A stretch of 64,000 nucleotides of DNA from an uncultured virus (IMG/VR IMGVR_UViG_3300030110_004015) (lineage: Duplodnaviria; Heunggongvirae; Uroviricota; Caudoviricetes; Crassvirales): IMG/VR virus record IMGVR_UViG_3300030110_004015. One strand, given 5' to 3'. Positions 27,781 through 41,300 of this stretch are shown here, piece after piece; position 1 is the first letter of the stretch; each line of letters begins with the position of its first letter. The notes under the pieces are model-generated. The model saw only the letters and a list, made by a program, of their open reading frames with translations, did no database searches and had not been told where the DNA came from. The position numbers and the translations under genes are program-made.

Positions 27781-29280
27781 ATGGCAATTTCAAACCCTGG
27801 TGGTAATTTAAATAGTGTTCCTAGTCCAATACAACAGGCACTACAAACAAATTACCTAGATCTTTCAACCACTGCTGGTTGGGGTCAACAATATGTACCA
27901 GACCTAATGGAGAAAGAAGCTGAAGTATTTGGTCCTAGGACTATTTCAGGTTTCTTATCACAAGTTGGGGCTGAAGAATCTATGACGGCTGATCAAGTTA
28001 TTTGGTCTGAGCAAGGTAGATTACATTTATCTTACAAAGGTGAGGTAAAATCAACAAGTACTATCCAAATTCAATCTGATATTGATGGTAATAATTCTGA
28101 TACTACTAATGGTATATCTGGTTCTGGTAACAACCCAATCAGACATGGTGTTAGAGTAAATGATACTATTATTATATCAAACAGCAACGGTGTGGTTAAA
28201 GCGTTAGTTACTGTTGTAGCTAATGACTTGATTACTGTAGCTCCTTATGAATCAACTGTTTTAGATCACTCTTCAACTGCTGCTTTAGCAACTACAATAT
28301 TAGTTTATGGTTCTGAATACGGTAAAGGTAGATCTTATGGAACAGCTGCTGACGCAACTGTAGCTTCAGAATCAAGAGGTGCTAACGAACCTGACTTCAA
28401 AACGTTCACGAACAAACCAATCATTATGAAAGATTACTACGAAGTATCAGGTTCTGATGCATCTAGAATTGGTTGGGTTGAGATTACTGGTGAAGAAGGT
28501 CAATCAGGTTACTTATGGTACTTAAAAGCTGAAGCTGATACAAGAGCACGTTTTACTGATTACTTGGAAATGGCAATGCTTGAAGGTGTTTTAGGAGCTT
28601 CTGATGGTTCTAACACTACAGCTGATACTACTTTAGGTATGGCTGGCGCTAAAGTTGGTACTGAAGGTTTATTTGCTGCTATCGAAGATAGAGGTAATAT
28701 AACTACCGGTGTTACTGGTGTTAACGCTGCTACTGATTTAGCTGAGTTTGATGCAATACTTGCTGAGTTTGATAAGCAAGGTGCTATTGAAGAATACATG
28801 ATGTTTGTTAACAGATCTACATCTTTAGCGATGGATGACATGTTAGCTTCTATGAATTCTTACGGTGCTGGTGGTACATCTTACGGTGTATTTAACAACT
28901 CTGAAGATATGGCATTAAATTTAGGTTTCTCTGGATTCCGAAGAGGTTCTTATGACTTTTACAAGTCTGATTTCAGATACTTAAATGATTTAGCTACTAG
29001 AGGTGGTATTAACGCTGTTGCTGGATCTGCTGCTATTAGAGGAGTTATGATTCCAGCTGGTACTTCAACTGTTTATGATCAAATGTTAGGTAAGAACTTA
29101 AAACGTCCATTTTTACATGTACGTTATAGAGCTTCTAAGACTGATGATAGACGAATGAAGACTTGGACAACTGGTTCGGTTGGTGCTACTACATCAGCGC
29201 TGGACGCGATGCAGATACACATGTTATCTGAAAGATGTCTAATTACTCAAGGTGCTAACAACTTTATGTTAATGAAGTAA
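27781..29280 (+). CDS. Major capsid protein
   Basis: 499 aa after scaffold; WSEQGRLH, GTEGLFAAI..RG, LGFSGFRRG.YDF; followed by a terminator. Confidence 0.85.
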   Translation: MAISNPGGNLNSVPSPIQQALQTNYLDLSTTAGWGQQYVPDLMEKEAEVFGPRTISGFLSQVGAEESMTADQVIWSEQGRLHLSYKGEVKSTSTIQIQSDIDGNNSDTTNGISGSGNNPIRHGVRVNDTIIISNSNGVVKALVTVVANDLITVAPYESTVLDHSSTAALATTILVYGSEYGKGRSYGTAADATVASESRGANEPDFKTFTNKPIIMKDYYEVSGSDASRIGWVEITGEEGQSGYLWYLKAEADTRARFTDYLEMAMLEGVLGASDGSNTTADTTLGMAGAKVGTEGLFAAIEDRGNITTGVTGVNAATDLAEFDAILAEFDKQGAIEEYMMFVNRSTSLAMDDMLASMNSYGAGGTSYGVFNNSEDMALNLGFSGFRRGSYDFYKSDFRYLNDLATRGGINAVAGSAAIRGVMIPAGTSTVYDQMLGKNLKRPFLHVRYRASKTDDRRMKTWTTGSVGATTSALDAMQIHMLSERCLITQGANNFMLMK

Positions 29281-29294
29281 GCATTTATTATATT

Positions 29295-29329
29295 AAGGAT
29301 CGAGGCTTCGGCCTCGACCCTTTCTTTTT
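29295..29329 (+). terminator. Rho-independent terminator
   Basis: TCGAGGC-TTCG-GCCTCGA stem followed by a U-rich tract. Confidence 0.85.
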
Positions 29330-29353
29330 ATTAATTTTATTATATATTATATT

Positions 29354-30190
29354 ATGGCAAAAAAAACAAAAACAGTGGTAGAACCACAAATAGAAGAAAC
29401 GTTTGAAGAAACGTTTGAAGAAACAATGGTTGAAGAAAAACCAAGAGAAATATTAAAACCCAAAGATGAATGGGAAATAAAAGACAGAATTTATTATTTA
29501 AAAAGTAATAAAACACCTGTATCAAGATCAATTAGATCAGCGAATATATACTGGTTTGATGAAGCAAAAGGCTATGAAAGAGAGTTAAAATATACTCAAA
29601 ACCAAAAAACACCTTTTGTAGATGAAATGAAAGGTGATCATAGATTAGATCATATTATTTTTAGAAGTGGCTCTTTGTTTGTTCCAAGAGAAAAAACAAT
29701 ACTTCAAAAATTACTTTCTTTATATCATCCAGATAGAGATAAATTATATTATGAATTTAAACCATCTAAAATAGCAGAAGAAGAAATAGATGTTTTAGAA
29801 ATGCAAGTTGACGCGTTAACAGCCGCTAGAACTGTTGATATTGATTTAGCAGAAGCTATTATGCGTGTTGAGGTTGGTTCTAAGGTATCTACGTTGAGTT
29901 CTAAAGAGCTTAGAAGAGATTTATTAGTATTTGCTCGTAATAATCCTAAGTTATTCTTAGAATTAGCAGATGATGAAAACGTTCAACTTAGAAACTTTGG
30001 TATTAAATCTGTTGAAAGTGGTATATTAAGACTATCTCCTGATCAAAGATATTTTATGTGGGGTAGTAACGGTAGAAAAATAATGACCGTACCATTTGAT
30101 GAGCATCCATATACAGCGCTAGCTCATTGGTTTAAAACCGATGAAGGTATGGAAATCTATTCAAATATTGAAAAAAGGTTAAACCAATAA
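29354..30190 (+). CDS. Hypothetical/structural protein following the capsid gene
   Basis: 278-aa ORF; EETF tandem repeat near the N-terminus. Confidence 0.65.
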   Translation: MAKKTKTVVEPQIEETFEETFEETMVEEKPREILKPKDEWEIKDRIYYLKSNKTPVSRSIRSANIYWFDEAKGYERELKYTQNQKTPFVDEMKGDHRLDHIIFRSGSLFVPREKTILQKLLSLYHPDRDKLYYEFKPSKIAEEEIDVLEMQVDALTAARTVDIDLAEAIMRVEVGSKVSTLSSKELRRDLLVFARNNPKLFLELADDENVQLRNFGIKSVESGILRLSPDQRYFMWGSNGRKIMTVPFDEHPYTALAHWFKTDEGMEIYSNIEKRLNQ

Positions 30191-30199
30191 TAATAATAT

Positions 30200-30231
30200 G
30201 TGATCACTCCTTATGGAGTGGTCACTTATTT
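30200..30231 (+). terminator. Hairpin / probable terminator
   Basis: GTGATCACTCC-TTAT-GGAGTGGTCAC-TTATTT. Confidence 0.65.
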
Positions 30232-30242
30232 AAACAAAACCT

Positions 30243-30410
30243 ATGAAAGAAAAATCAAAAGGATTAGGAGATACAATACAAAAAATAACAGACGCAACTG
30301 GTTTAAGTGCACTAACAAATATGTTGGAAGAAAAAGGTGTTATAAAAGATTGTGGTTGTAATAAAAGAAAAGAAAAGTTAAACAAAATATTTCCTTATAA
30401 AAATAAATAA
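30243..30410 (+). CDS. Small protein (55 aa) with GLGDTI...CGC motif
   Basis: Manual translation MKEKSKGLGDTIQKIT...DCGCNKRKEKLN. Confidence 0.65.
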   Translation: MKEKSKGLGDTIQKITDATGLSALTNMLEEKGVIKDCGCNKRKEKLNKIFPYKNK

Positions 30411-30412
30411 TA

Positions 30413-31108
30413 ATGGCAGAATTTGGCATAAATATAGATACAGTATATCAAACAGTACAAGCTTTAGCTAATAAGGAGCAAAGAGGATATGTAACACCTC
30501 AAGAGTTTAATCTATTTGCTAATCAAGCTCAATTAGATATTTTTGAACAATATTTTTATGACTTAAATGCTTTTGTACAACAAAGACCAGAAAGCAATGA
30601 AATAGGTGATTCTGTTAGTATATTAAGACAAAAATTAAAACCTTGGACATATGTAGCTAATGTAAACGGTGCAATACCAGCTAATGCAAGGCCTGGTAGA
30701 ATTTGGACTGGTAGCGGTAATACAATGCAAATACCAGTAGAAATTAGTCCTAATGAGTGGCAAGATTTAAATGCGTCTAGATGGCATAAACAAGGAAATA
30801 GTACAGAATCTTTTTATTGGAGAGAGCCTACAAATGGATCACAACAACAAATACACGTTAGAGGTGGTCAGGGTAATATAGAATATATAGAAGGTAGGCC
30901 AAAATTAGTTTATTGGGGTTATGTTATTGTTAACGAAAAACCCATGTACGATCCATCTCAATCTGCACACTTTACACTTCACGCATCAGAACAACCAGAT
31001 ATTATTATAAAAATATTAGAACTAGCTGGTATATCAATTGAAGATGCTCAATTATTACAGTATGCTAGTTCAGAAGAACAGCAAAATATAGCAGACGAAC
31101 GAATTTAA
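30413..31108 (+). CDS. Putative head-tail adaptor / tail ring protein
   Basis: NKEQRGYVTPQEFN.FA.QAQ.DIFE.YF; position after the capsid module. Confidence 0.6.
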   Translation: MAEFGINIDTVYQTVQALANKEQRGYVTPQEFNLFANQAQLDIFEQYFYDLNAFVQQRPESNEIGDSVSILRQKLKPWTYVANVNGAIPANARPGRIWTGSGNTMQIPVEISPNEWQDLNASRWHKQGNSTESFYWREPTNGSQQQIHVRGGQGNIEYIEGRPKLVYWGYVIVNEKPMYDPSQSAHFTLHASEQPDIIIKILELAGISIEDAQLLQYASSEEQQNIADERI

Positions 31109-31119
31109 AAAAATAAAAC

Positions 31120-32394
31120 ATGCCTAAAGTACCAGTACCAGGAGGAAAAGGGGCTACAAAGCCGAATAAATATTATAATCATGGAAATAATCATGGTGAA
31201 TATGGTTATGTAGATCTTCAAGAAATTATAAATAATTTTACAGCAACATACGTTGGTACGGGTAAAATATTAGAAGGTACTTTAAAAGGTGATGTTGCAT
31301 ACCATGCTCATAGAGCATTACAAGAATTATCTTATGATACTCTAAAATCTTGTAAAGCTATATCAATAACACTACCACCGTCACTCATAATGACAGTTCC
31401 ACACGATTATGTTAATTACACAAAAATAACTTACGCTGATAGTAGTGGTATAGAACGATTGTTATATCCTACTAGTAAAACATCTCACCCAGATAAAATA
31501 CAACAAGATGATGACGGTAATTATTTATATAACGACAGGCATCAAATAAATTTATTACAAAATGAATTTGAATTAAAATTTGATATCAACAAACTTACAC
31601 CGGCTGGCAATAGTTTTACAATAAAACCTAGAAATCCATACGGTGTTGATGATACTGTAACACCAGCTGTATATACTGATGGTACCGTTATAGTTCCTGG
31701 TCAAGATTCAATAGAGTATAATGCTATGAAACATCCTTTAGAAGTTGGTATGGAGATATTTGCTCCTGGAATTTTTCCTCCAGGAACTAAAGTAGCTAGT
31801 ATAACTGGTCCAACACTTCAATCTTCAACTGGTAGTCAATTTACATTCACCGCAGATAAACCGTCTATAAATCAAAGCGATTTAACAGGAGAACAAATTA
31901 TATTCAAAAACTATACAAGTAGTACTGTTTGGGGTAAATATAAAAACTCAGGTAGTCATACCCAAGGTATAGATCCGTCTATAAACTCTAGTGCTTCTAC
32001 AGATTTAGATAATTATTTTGATAATAGAGGTCAAAGATACGGGTTAGATCCACAGCATGCACAAGCTAATGGATCATTTTTTATAGATTGCAAATCAGGT
32101 AAAATATTTTTTAGTTCTAATTTATCTGGAAAACAAATAGTATTACATTACATAAGTGATGGTCACGGAACAAACGAAGAATTAATTGTTCCAAAGCTTG
32201 CTGAAGAAGCTATGTATAAATGGATAGCGTATGGATGTTTGTCTGCAAAAGCTGACGTATCAGAAGGAGTGGTACAAAGATATAAAAGAGAAAAATTTGC
32301 TGAAACAAGAAAAGCAAAAATAAGATTATCAAATATTAAAATCGAAGAGATTGCTCAAGTAATGAGGGGTAAATCTAAATTTATAGATCACTAG
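31120..32394 (+). CDS. Putative tail ring / structural protein
   Basis: RALQEL.YD, P.DYVNY, LHYISDG, VPKLAEEA. Confidence 0.6.
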   Translation: MPKVPVPGGKGATKPNKYYNHGNNHGEYGYVDLQEIINNFTATYVGTGKILEGTLKGDVAYHAHRALQELSYDTLKSCKAISITLPPSLIMTVPHDYVNYTKITYADSSGIERLLYPTSKTSHPDKIQQDDDGNYLYNDRHQINLLQNEFELKFDINKLTPAGNSFTIKPRNPYGVDDTVTPAVYTDGTVIVPGQDSIEYNAMKHPLEVGMEIFAPGIFPPGTKVASITGPTLQSSTGSQFTFTADKPSINQSDLTGEQIIFKNYTSSTVWGKYKNSGSHTQGIDPSINSSASTDLDNYFDNRGQRYGLDPQHAQANGSFFIDCKSGKIFFSSNLSGKQIVLHYISDGHGTNEELIVPKLAEEAMYKWIAYGCLSAKADVSEGVVQRYKREKFAETRKAKIRLSNIKIEEIAQVMRGKSKFIDH

Positions 32395-32397
32395 AAT

Positions 32398-35300
32398 ATG
32401 CCAGAGTTAAAACACACTTTTACAGGTGGAAAAATGGACAAAGACAACGACGAAAGAATCGTTGCTAATGGACAATATAGAGAAGCTTTAAATATACAAG
32501 TTGCTACCTCAGAAGGTTCTGATGTTGGAGCTGCTCAAAATATATTGGGTAATCTACAGCAAACGGTGGCTGTCTCTGGTCCTGATAACAAATACCTTCC
32601 TTATAATCAACATGTTGCTTCTATTGTTGATCCACTAACAGATAATGTATATAGATTTATTCACACTCCCTCTGAGCCTTTAGGTATATGGATGGATCGT
32701 ATTGTAGAATTTAATACTCAAGGTATGGGAGATTCTAGTGGTGGTAGAGTTTTTAATCCTTATTATAATGAAAAATCTGTTGTAGTAGATATATATAAAG
32801 TTCGTACTATATTAACAGGTGTACACACCACCCTGTGTGATCATGAAGTATTTTTAGACTTTACAACAAACGTATTTCAAATGCGTTGGGGTATGCAATT
32901 AACAAATATAATAGGTCATTTTTCGTGGATGAATAATTGGGGTGTTTATATACAATCAATAGAAATACTAGATGATGGTACTGGTTCAACACCAGCGTCT
33001 ATAAGATGTAAAATGAATGTTAGCGAATCTGATTTTGAATTTGATCCAGTAAGTGGGAATAGAATACCACTAAGCGTTTCTTTAAGTAGTTTAGTGGGTG
33101 CGCAATGTATATTTGAAGCTGATAGAAATCTTAATTTTGCACTAAGCGATACCAGTATGGCTGCTTCAAATCTTGATAGATGGAGTGGTATTACTGGTAT
33201 AAATATTATAGATGGCATGTTATTTTGGACAGATAATTATTCTGAACCAAAAAAAATAAATATAGAAAGAGCTAAAAAAGGTTCTACGTGGCAATCTTGG
33301 GATACTTGGAGAGATAGAAGAGGGTTAATCTCAAACATGGGTTTTGATTATGGAGATTTTGATCAACATACGAGATTAGTTGTTAAAGATGAAAATCCTA
33401 CAGATTGTATTATAACTAATAACACATGTATTGATGATGGTTCTAATGGAGGACCTCAACCTAGACCTGGATGTACAGACCCAACCGCTAACAATTTCGA
33501 TCCACTAGCTACTGTTGATGATGGAAGTTGTATAACTAAAGCAAGTGGAGACGTGTGTGGCTGTACTATATCAACGTTTAAACTTGGATTAATGCATCAA
33601 ACTAGCAACCCACCAGTTAGCGCTCATTTTGTACACGGTGGAGCTACAACCCAAATTGATTTACCTGTCACTGGTTATAATCCCGTGGCAAATATTGAAG
33701 ATGGCACGTGTGAATGTCATTTTGATATTGGCGATGGGCACGCGGGCACTTTAGACTGTTATACTGTTAACCCAGTTTATACAGCGTTCCAAACATCTTA
33801 TGCTTCCGCTGTAGCCACAATGGATACTGAAAATCCTAGTTTTGCTACTCAGTATTGGTTGGCTGACACTTCAATATCTCTTCCGGTTGCAATAACTAGT
33901 CCTTGTGAAGATGGTCCCGGTTCTCCTTTACCGTGGAAAGATGAGTTTCAATTATCTTCTCCGTTTAAATACAATGGCGACGAGGATGATCCCCCTCCTA
34001 CTGCTCAAAATGTAGTTCCTGGCGGTGGTCCTACCGGTCCTTCTACCGGTCCTTCTACTGGTCCTGCTACCGGTGGTCCTTCTACTGGTCCTGCTACTAA
34101 TACTGGGACTGGAACTGGACCTTCCACACCCCCAGCTCCATTAGGTAATTCTCCACAAAAAGGAATATCAACCGGTGTTGACGTTGGTATAGCTACCGGT
34201 GATGTTGTTTCTGGTGTAACTCTTAATGAATACGAAGAAGCAACTAAGATACCTGTAAGGGGAGGTGGTTATGAAAATCAAACTAATTTTGTATACGATT
34301 GTAGACCAGTATATCTTGAAGAAAAACATATAACTGTTATTAGAAGAGGTCCTACTGCACCACCTAGTGTAGAGATGTATAGCACAACACAGCCTGACTA
34401 TAACAACGATGACTATATAGATATAGAAGGTGTTATGAGAGGTATAACATCTACTTTGACTGGTAATGAGCCTAATGAGTTTGATGTTGATCCGGGAACT
34501 GGTGCTATTACGCCAAATCCAGAATATGACGCTAGATATCCTAATGGTTATAATTTAACTGGTGTTAGTAAAGCTCTTTATACAGATGGTTCACCTGGTA
34601 GATTAGGAAAAAATATAAGTATATTTTACGATGACGACGGGTTGTTGCTTGAAGCGGGTGCTGAAGTTGTGTTAAATGTAGATGCTAGCGATACAGCTGA
34701 AGACTGGACTTTAAATGACAAACTAATTATATCAGGTCAGTATTACAATAGTTTTGGTGTTAAAAAAGGTTGTGGTGTAACTGGTATAATAACAGATATG
34801 GCCGCAAACTCTACAACGTCTTTATTAGGAGTTAAAATTCGTATAACATCAATTTCACCAAGCACACCTATGTCTGTTGGGCCTAATGATATTTATACTA
34901 TTACATTGAGCCAGAAAGAACCTATGTTTGAATATAAATTCCCTAGGTTTTGTTATAGATATAAATATGAAGATGGTGAATATTCTGTTTTTGGACCTTG
35001 GTCTGAAGTAGCTTTTGTTCCATCTGAATTTGATTATTTACCTAAAAAAGGTTATAATCTAGGTATGACTAATAGAGTGAGATCTTTAGAGGTGAGTAAT
35101 TTTGTTCCTAAAAATATACCTAAAGATGTTGTTCAAGTCGACTTGTTATATAAAGAGTCAAACTCACCAAATGTATATACTGTAGAAAGCTTTAAAAAAG
35201 AAGATCCTCTTCCAGATGATACTTCTTTATATAACTATTGGAACGCACCTGGTACTGGTCAAAACAAAGGTAGATATAGAGTAACCTCAGAATTAATACA

Positions 35301-38300
35301 CGCTGTTGTGCCTAGTAATCAATTATTACGACCTTGGGACAATGTACCAAGGGTTGCTCAAGGACAAGAAATAACAGCTAATAGACTTATATATGCTAAT
35401 TACTTACAAAATTATGATACTAAAGACGCTAGTGATGCTCCTATAAAACCTATATTTAGTATTAACGTTGATAGCGTAGATGCTGGTTTGTTAGATTCTG
35501 ATTTAGTGGGTAGACCAGCTAAGTCTTTAAAAACAATGCGTACATATCAACTAGGTGTTGTATATAGAGATAGATATGGTAGAGAAACACCTGTAATGAC
35601 ATCTGAATCTGGATCTGTACAAATACCAAAATCAGAAGCGTTTAAATCTAATAGAATAAACGTATCGTTAAATAATACCGCTAACGGTGAATCTAATTAT
35701 CCTGAATGGGCTGAGTCATATACGTTTTATATAAAAGAAACGTCTAACGAGTATTATAACGTTTCTATGGATCGTTGGTATAACGCTGATGATGGTAACG
35801 TTTGGTTATCTTTTCCTTCTTCAGAAAGAAATAAAATAAATGATGATACGGTATTAATACTTAAAAAACAACACGATAATAATATACCAGTAATAGATGA
35901 AACTAGATATAAGGTTGTCTCTATAAAAAGTGATGCACCAAATTTCATAAAGACTGAAAATCAATATTGGGGTAGTTTAGCTATGATGTTACCTCCTCCT
36001 GGTTGGGGTAGTGGTGGAAAACCTGGTGGATGGCAATCTGGTATGTTCTCGCCATCTGGACTTCCTTTACCTAATCATCAATATTTAGATATATATGCTG
36101 AATATTGGGATCAATCGGTATTTTCAGAATTAGAAAAGAAACCAACTTGCCAAGTAAGATTAGTACAAGCACCTGGTCAAGCATCTAACTATAATCCTCA
36201 AACTAACACCGGATCGGTATCTCCAACTTCTAATTTTTCTAAATGGTATGACGTTGCTAATATTAGCCACATAGGTCAACCACCAGAAATTATTGAAGAA
36301 GAAACACACACGTACGATGCTAATGGTAATATAATATCATCTGTAACAGAACAAGTAGAGCAACCAGCTACAGAAGTTCAATTGGTTAGGTTAACTTTAG
36401 AAAAAGTAATGGGTCCTGAGGTTGGTTTTGCTAAAGCCGCTGACTTGTTAGATTTATCAAGAGGTTTAGTATTAGAAGCCAGAACACAAATTATAAAAGA
36501 TAAGTCTCAATTTGAAGGAAGATTTTTTGTTAAAGTAGAAAGAGATGCTGTTATTGAAAACTCTATTATAGCTCCACAAACAAAAGCTTCTGATAATTGG
36601 CAGGTATTACAATCAAGAGAAATATCTTATTTATGCGCGGCTCATCCGGGGAGACAAGATTGGAATCATAACGTTTATATACCTATAGCTGGCGAAGGTA
36701 CTTATCCTATATCTTTTGACGACGGGTTAGGGCACCAAGGTAATACAAGTATACAAGGTGCAAACTTTCTATCATCACCAGTTCCCTCAGGTGCTAATGC
36801 TAACACAGAACCAAGATTAATTAGTAGTTATCATAAATACGCTGGACTTGACGCTGTTGCTTATGCTTCTAATGGGGTATTAATAGATCCACCAAACCCT
36901 GGATTTGATGATAATATTTGGGGTAAAAATTTAGTAGGAACGACATATACATCAACTGGTGGTACAGTGTATACTTGGCCTTTAGGACCAGGTGAGCAAG
37001 AGTTAGAAGTATTTATGGACGGTGCTACTCAATCATGGTCACCACCTATAGCCGCTGGCGGTTGGCTAACCTCAGCTATGGCTTCGGCTATGGGATTAAA
37101 AGGTAAAACGACAACTATATCTGGCCAACCTAAATCCACTTCAAGTAGTTGGCCTTCTTGGTCTAACGGGCCAGTGCTTAAAAACTCAGACACTTTCTAT
37201 ACTGATGGTGCTTGGTTGCCTGGTTATGGAACACATAGTGTAACTGGCGTTGCGTTTGGTTACAATAACTACAAGAGTAGTTTAGGTGCTGTTGACGGTA
37301 TTTCTCTTATAGAACCGTTAGATGGTTGGGATGGTTTAAATCACTTTTGGAAACCTGCTATTTGGGATAGAGGAGATGATGCTCACGGTGGTAAAGCTTA
37401 TGATTGGGATAAAGATACAATATTTAGTTTAGGTGCGGCTTGGTATGATTTAGCAGCGGGTAGAAGAGTTCACTGGTCTTGGCCTTTAGCTGTTAGTTGG
37501 AAAAGATGGTTTATTGATAAAGCTGGTGCCGCAAGAGGATATTCTGGAGCTGGTATATGGGACGAAGGTAATATAAGTAAAATGGATTTATCCTTTTATG
37601 GTATTGGAAGTTCTATAAAACCAGGTGCTAGAACTTTTGATTTAGCAACGTACCAACCAGAAGAATTAGTATTTGCTGATGCTATAAGTACTGTTGGAAC
37701 AAGTTTTAGATTTAAACAAGATCCAGATCAAACGGTTTACACCGTCACGGATGTTAAAACGCATAAAGTATATAATTATGAAGCACCTTGTGGTACTTGG
37801 GGTTATATAGATGGTTTGCCAAAACCTATGGAAGATGTTAATAATACTCCAACCGATCCCGACGATGATGTTGCTTATTCTGAAAATGGCGGATACGGAC
37901 CTAACAATGGTTCTACTATGCCTGATATGGCGAATAGAGGTAGTGGGTGTGCAAAAGCATTATGGCCACCATGGGGTCCAGCTAAAAAACATCCAGATGG
38001 TATAGCTGGTAAAGAAGCATTTATGTCTGACTTTTTACTAGGTGTTCAAGATATGGCTTATGGTACAAATCATTTATATTCCGGTGGTGGACTATATAAT
38101 CGTAGAATAAGACTTACTATAACGTTAGACAAAAAAATAGGTAGTGGTCCTAATGGTTTTCATCCTATAACAAACCATGTTGATGAAGTTGGTAAAGCTA
38201 ATATTTTAGCTTCGTTAAACGAAAAAGCAGCAGCTTCTTATAGTGAAGGAATAACCTCTGGTGGATACAATTCAGTTGTAAAAGCAAATGGAGCATTACC

Positions 38301-41300
38301 AATGGGTGGACCAAGTGGAGCGCCTGTTCACAAAGCTTTTTATAATTTAAATAGTTATTGGAACGCAAGTGATGGAGCTGGAGGTGGACTAGATACTCAA
38401 CCAGATGTTGTTGATAGAACTGATAGTGGTAACTTTTATCACGCGAGTAATAACCCTCTTGCATATATTGGTTTACATGAAAGAGGTTTAAATCATACCA
38501 CGCTAGAAATTATAGCTCCTTATTCAGGCGATGAAGGTGATAGACCAATGAGTAATAATCCAGCTGTATGGGAAACAGAACCAAAAGAAGATGTTGGTTT
38601 AGATATATATCAAGCAGCTAGCCCTACATACCCTATAAACTTACAAAGACATAGAAAAGGTGTTGATAGTAATATTAATTATGACTTTGGCGGTAGAGGA
38701 GAAGAGTATATACCAATAGGTGCAACATGTAAGGTATTTAATTACGTAGGTGGTGGTTACACTGGTTTAGAATCATTTGTTGATGGTGTTAGTGGTAATA
38801 CAATTTATTTAAACTCTCACTTATGGGAAGATTCTCCAGGAGGAACACCTCAGCACGTGCCTGTTGTAGACTCTAATAATGATCCAACAAGACTTATGTT
38901 TACTTGGAAAGGTGAGGGTAATTATTACGGATCACGTCAAGATGATATGTTTGTTGAAGCTCGTATAAGTAGAACTTTTTCAAATAATATTTTAGCTATA
39001 GAGCTTATGTCAGACGTGCATAATGAAAGAAAGTCATTAAGTTACTTTAATTGTTACTCATATGGTAATGGTGTTGAGTCAAATAGAATAAGAGACGATT
39101 ACAATGCTGTTACTATAGACAAAGGTGTTAAAGCTTCTATGCCTTTAGCAGAGCAATATGAAGAAGAAAGAAAAGCTAGTAGTTTAATATTTTCTGGTAT
39201 ATATAATTCTACAAGTGGTATTAATAGAACTAATCAATTTATACAAGCAGAACCTATAACTAAAGATTTAAATCCTATAAATGGTAGTATACAAAAATTA
39301 TTTACTAGAGATACTGATCTAGTCACTTTCTGTGAAAACAAAGTATTTAAAATATTAGCTAAAAAAGATGCTCTATTTAACGCTGATGGTAACACAAATG
39401 TAACATCTAATCAAGCTGTTCTTGGTCAAGCAATACCTTTTAGTGGTGAATATGGAATAGCTAGAAACCCTGAATCGTTTGCATCGGAATCTTATAGAAT
39501 ATATTTTGCTGATAAAATAAGAGGTGCCGTACTTAGATTATCAAGAGATGGTTTAACAAACATATCAGATTATGGTATGAAAGATTGGTTTAAAGATAGA
39601 CTTAAGTTTGCTGATAGAATTGTTGGTAGTTTTGATGATAGAAAAGATGAGTATAATTTAACTATAGAAACTTATAATAGTCCAGAGCCTGAGTTTGTAA
39701 CATTACAGCAAAGTTTTTCATACGGTAATGATAAAACCTTAGCCGGCATGTCAGCTTATACAGTTAGTTATACAGAGTCTAGAAAAGGTTGGGTGAGCTT
39801 TAAAAGTTTTATACAAGAAGATGGTTTTAGTTATAAAAATGATTATTATACTTTTCCTTCAAACATATTTAATAGAACTAAATATACAGGACTTAAATCA
39901 CGTCTAGGGTTTAGATATGGTAACGAGCATGGAAACGCAGAGGTTTGGAAACACCATCAAGATATAAAAATGAGAGGTTTAATAAAAGCAAACGTTTCTA
40001 ACAATACTACTTTGCTTTTACAAATGAAAGACTCTACAAGCACCGCTTCTGATTATCAAGTTGTAAATGGAATGATAATATCTGGTAATGGTATTCCGTT
40101 AGAAACATACGTTACAGCTGTAAATTATGGTAGTCCAATGACTGCCACCGTAACAATATCTAATCCTGTGCATGTGTTTGCAGATGAAGAAGTAATATTA
40201 ACGTCTGCTAGAAATACTTTTTATAATATACCATCTTTTTCTTCTTTAACAGTAATGTTTAATGGTGACCAAGGTAGTGTTAAAAGATTTAAAACATTAA
40301 ATTACGAAGGTACACAAGCTGAAATTACCTACAAAGAAAATAATGTTCAGTATTTATATGACACTAATATCGCTATTGGTCCTAATCAAGGTGTTGGCGC
40401 TGGTGAAATATATTATGATAACTATGCTAAAGATGGTTGGAAAGTAGAAAGCTTAAAAACAGATATGCAAGAAGCGTTGTTATCTGAATTTTTAGATAAA
40501 GAAAACAAATGGTTTAATTACATTAGAGGTCATGCTGATGCGAAGGAAGGTGATTTAATTGATACTGGAGAATTTTCAGCTCAAGGGTTAGGTAGATATG
40601 AATCTATTATTCCAACTCAAGATGTTCAAGGTTGTTTAGATCCTACCGCGGTTAATTATGCTGGTGTTGGTAATACAAATGGAATTGATCCACCTGCTAA
40701 TCTACCTTGTTATAACTGTTGTCTTTATAATGAGGGTTGTTTAGATCCTGCTGCGTCTAACTTTGATCCAACGGCAGATACGTCTTGTGAGAGTTGTTGT
40801 ACATATAAAGAAGGTTGTACAGATCCTTTGTCATTTAATTATGATCCAACCGCTGTTGTTGATGATGGTTCGTGTATATATTGTGTTTATGGATGTACTG
40901 ATGAAAACGCTGACAATTATGATCCGAACGCTACTTGTGGAGATGGAAGTTGTACTTATACTTATGGTTGTACAGACAACACAACTATAGATGGCGCTGG
41001 TATTGGTCTTGATGGTGCGCTTAACTATGACCCATTAGCCACTATGGATGATGGTTCTTGTATTTACTGTTCGTATGGATGTACCGATGCTCTTGCTTCA
41101 AATTATGATCCTAATGCTACTTGTGATGATAACTCATGTGATTTTTGTGTCTATGGTTGTACTGGAAATGGTACCAATCCAAACAACCCACAAACACAAA
41201 CAAATCCAGGTGGTAATAATTATTATGATGTTTTTGGTGATGGAAGTAAAGCTGACAATTATGACGAGCTTGCTACATGTGATGATGGAACCTGTTTATT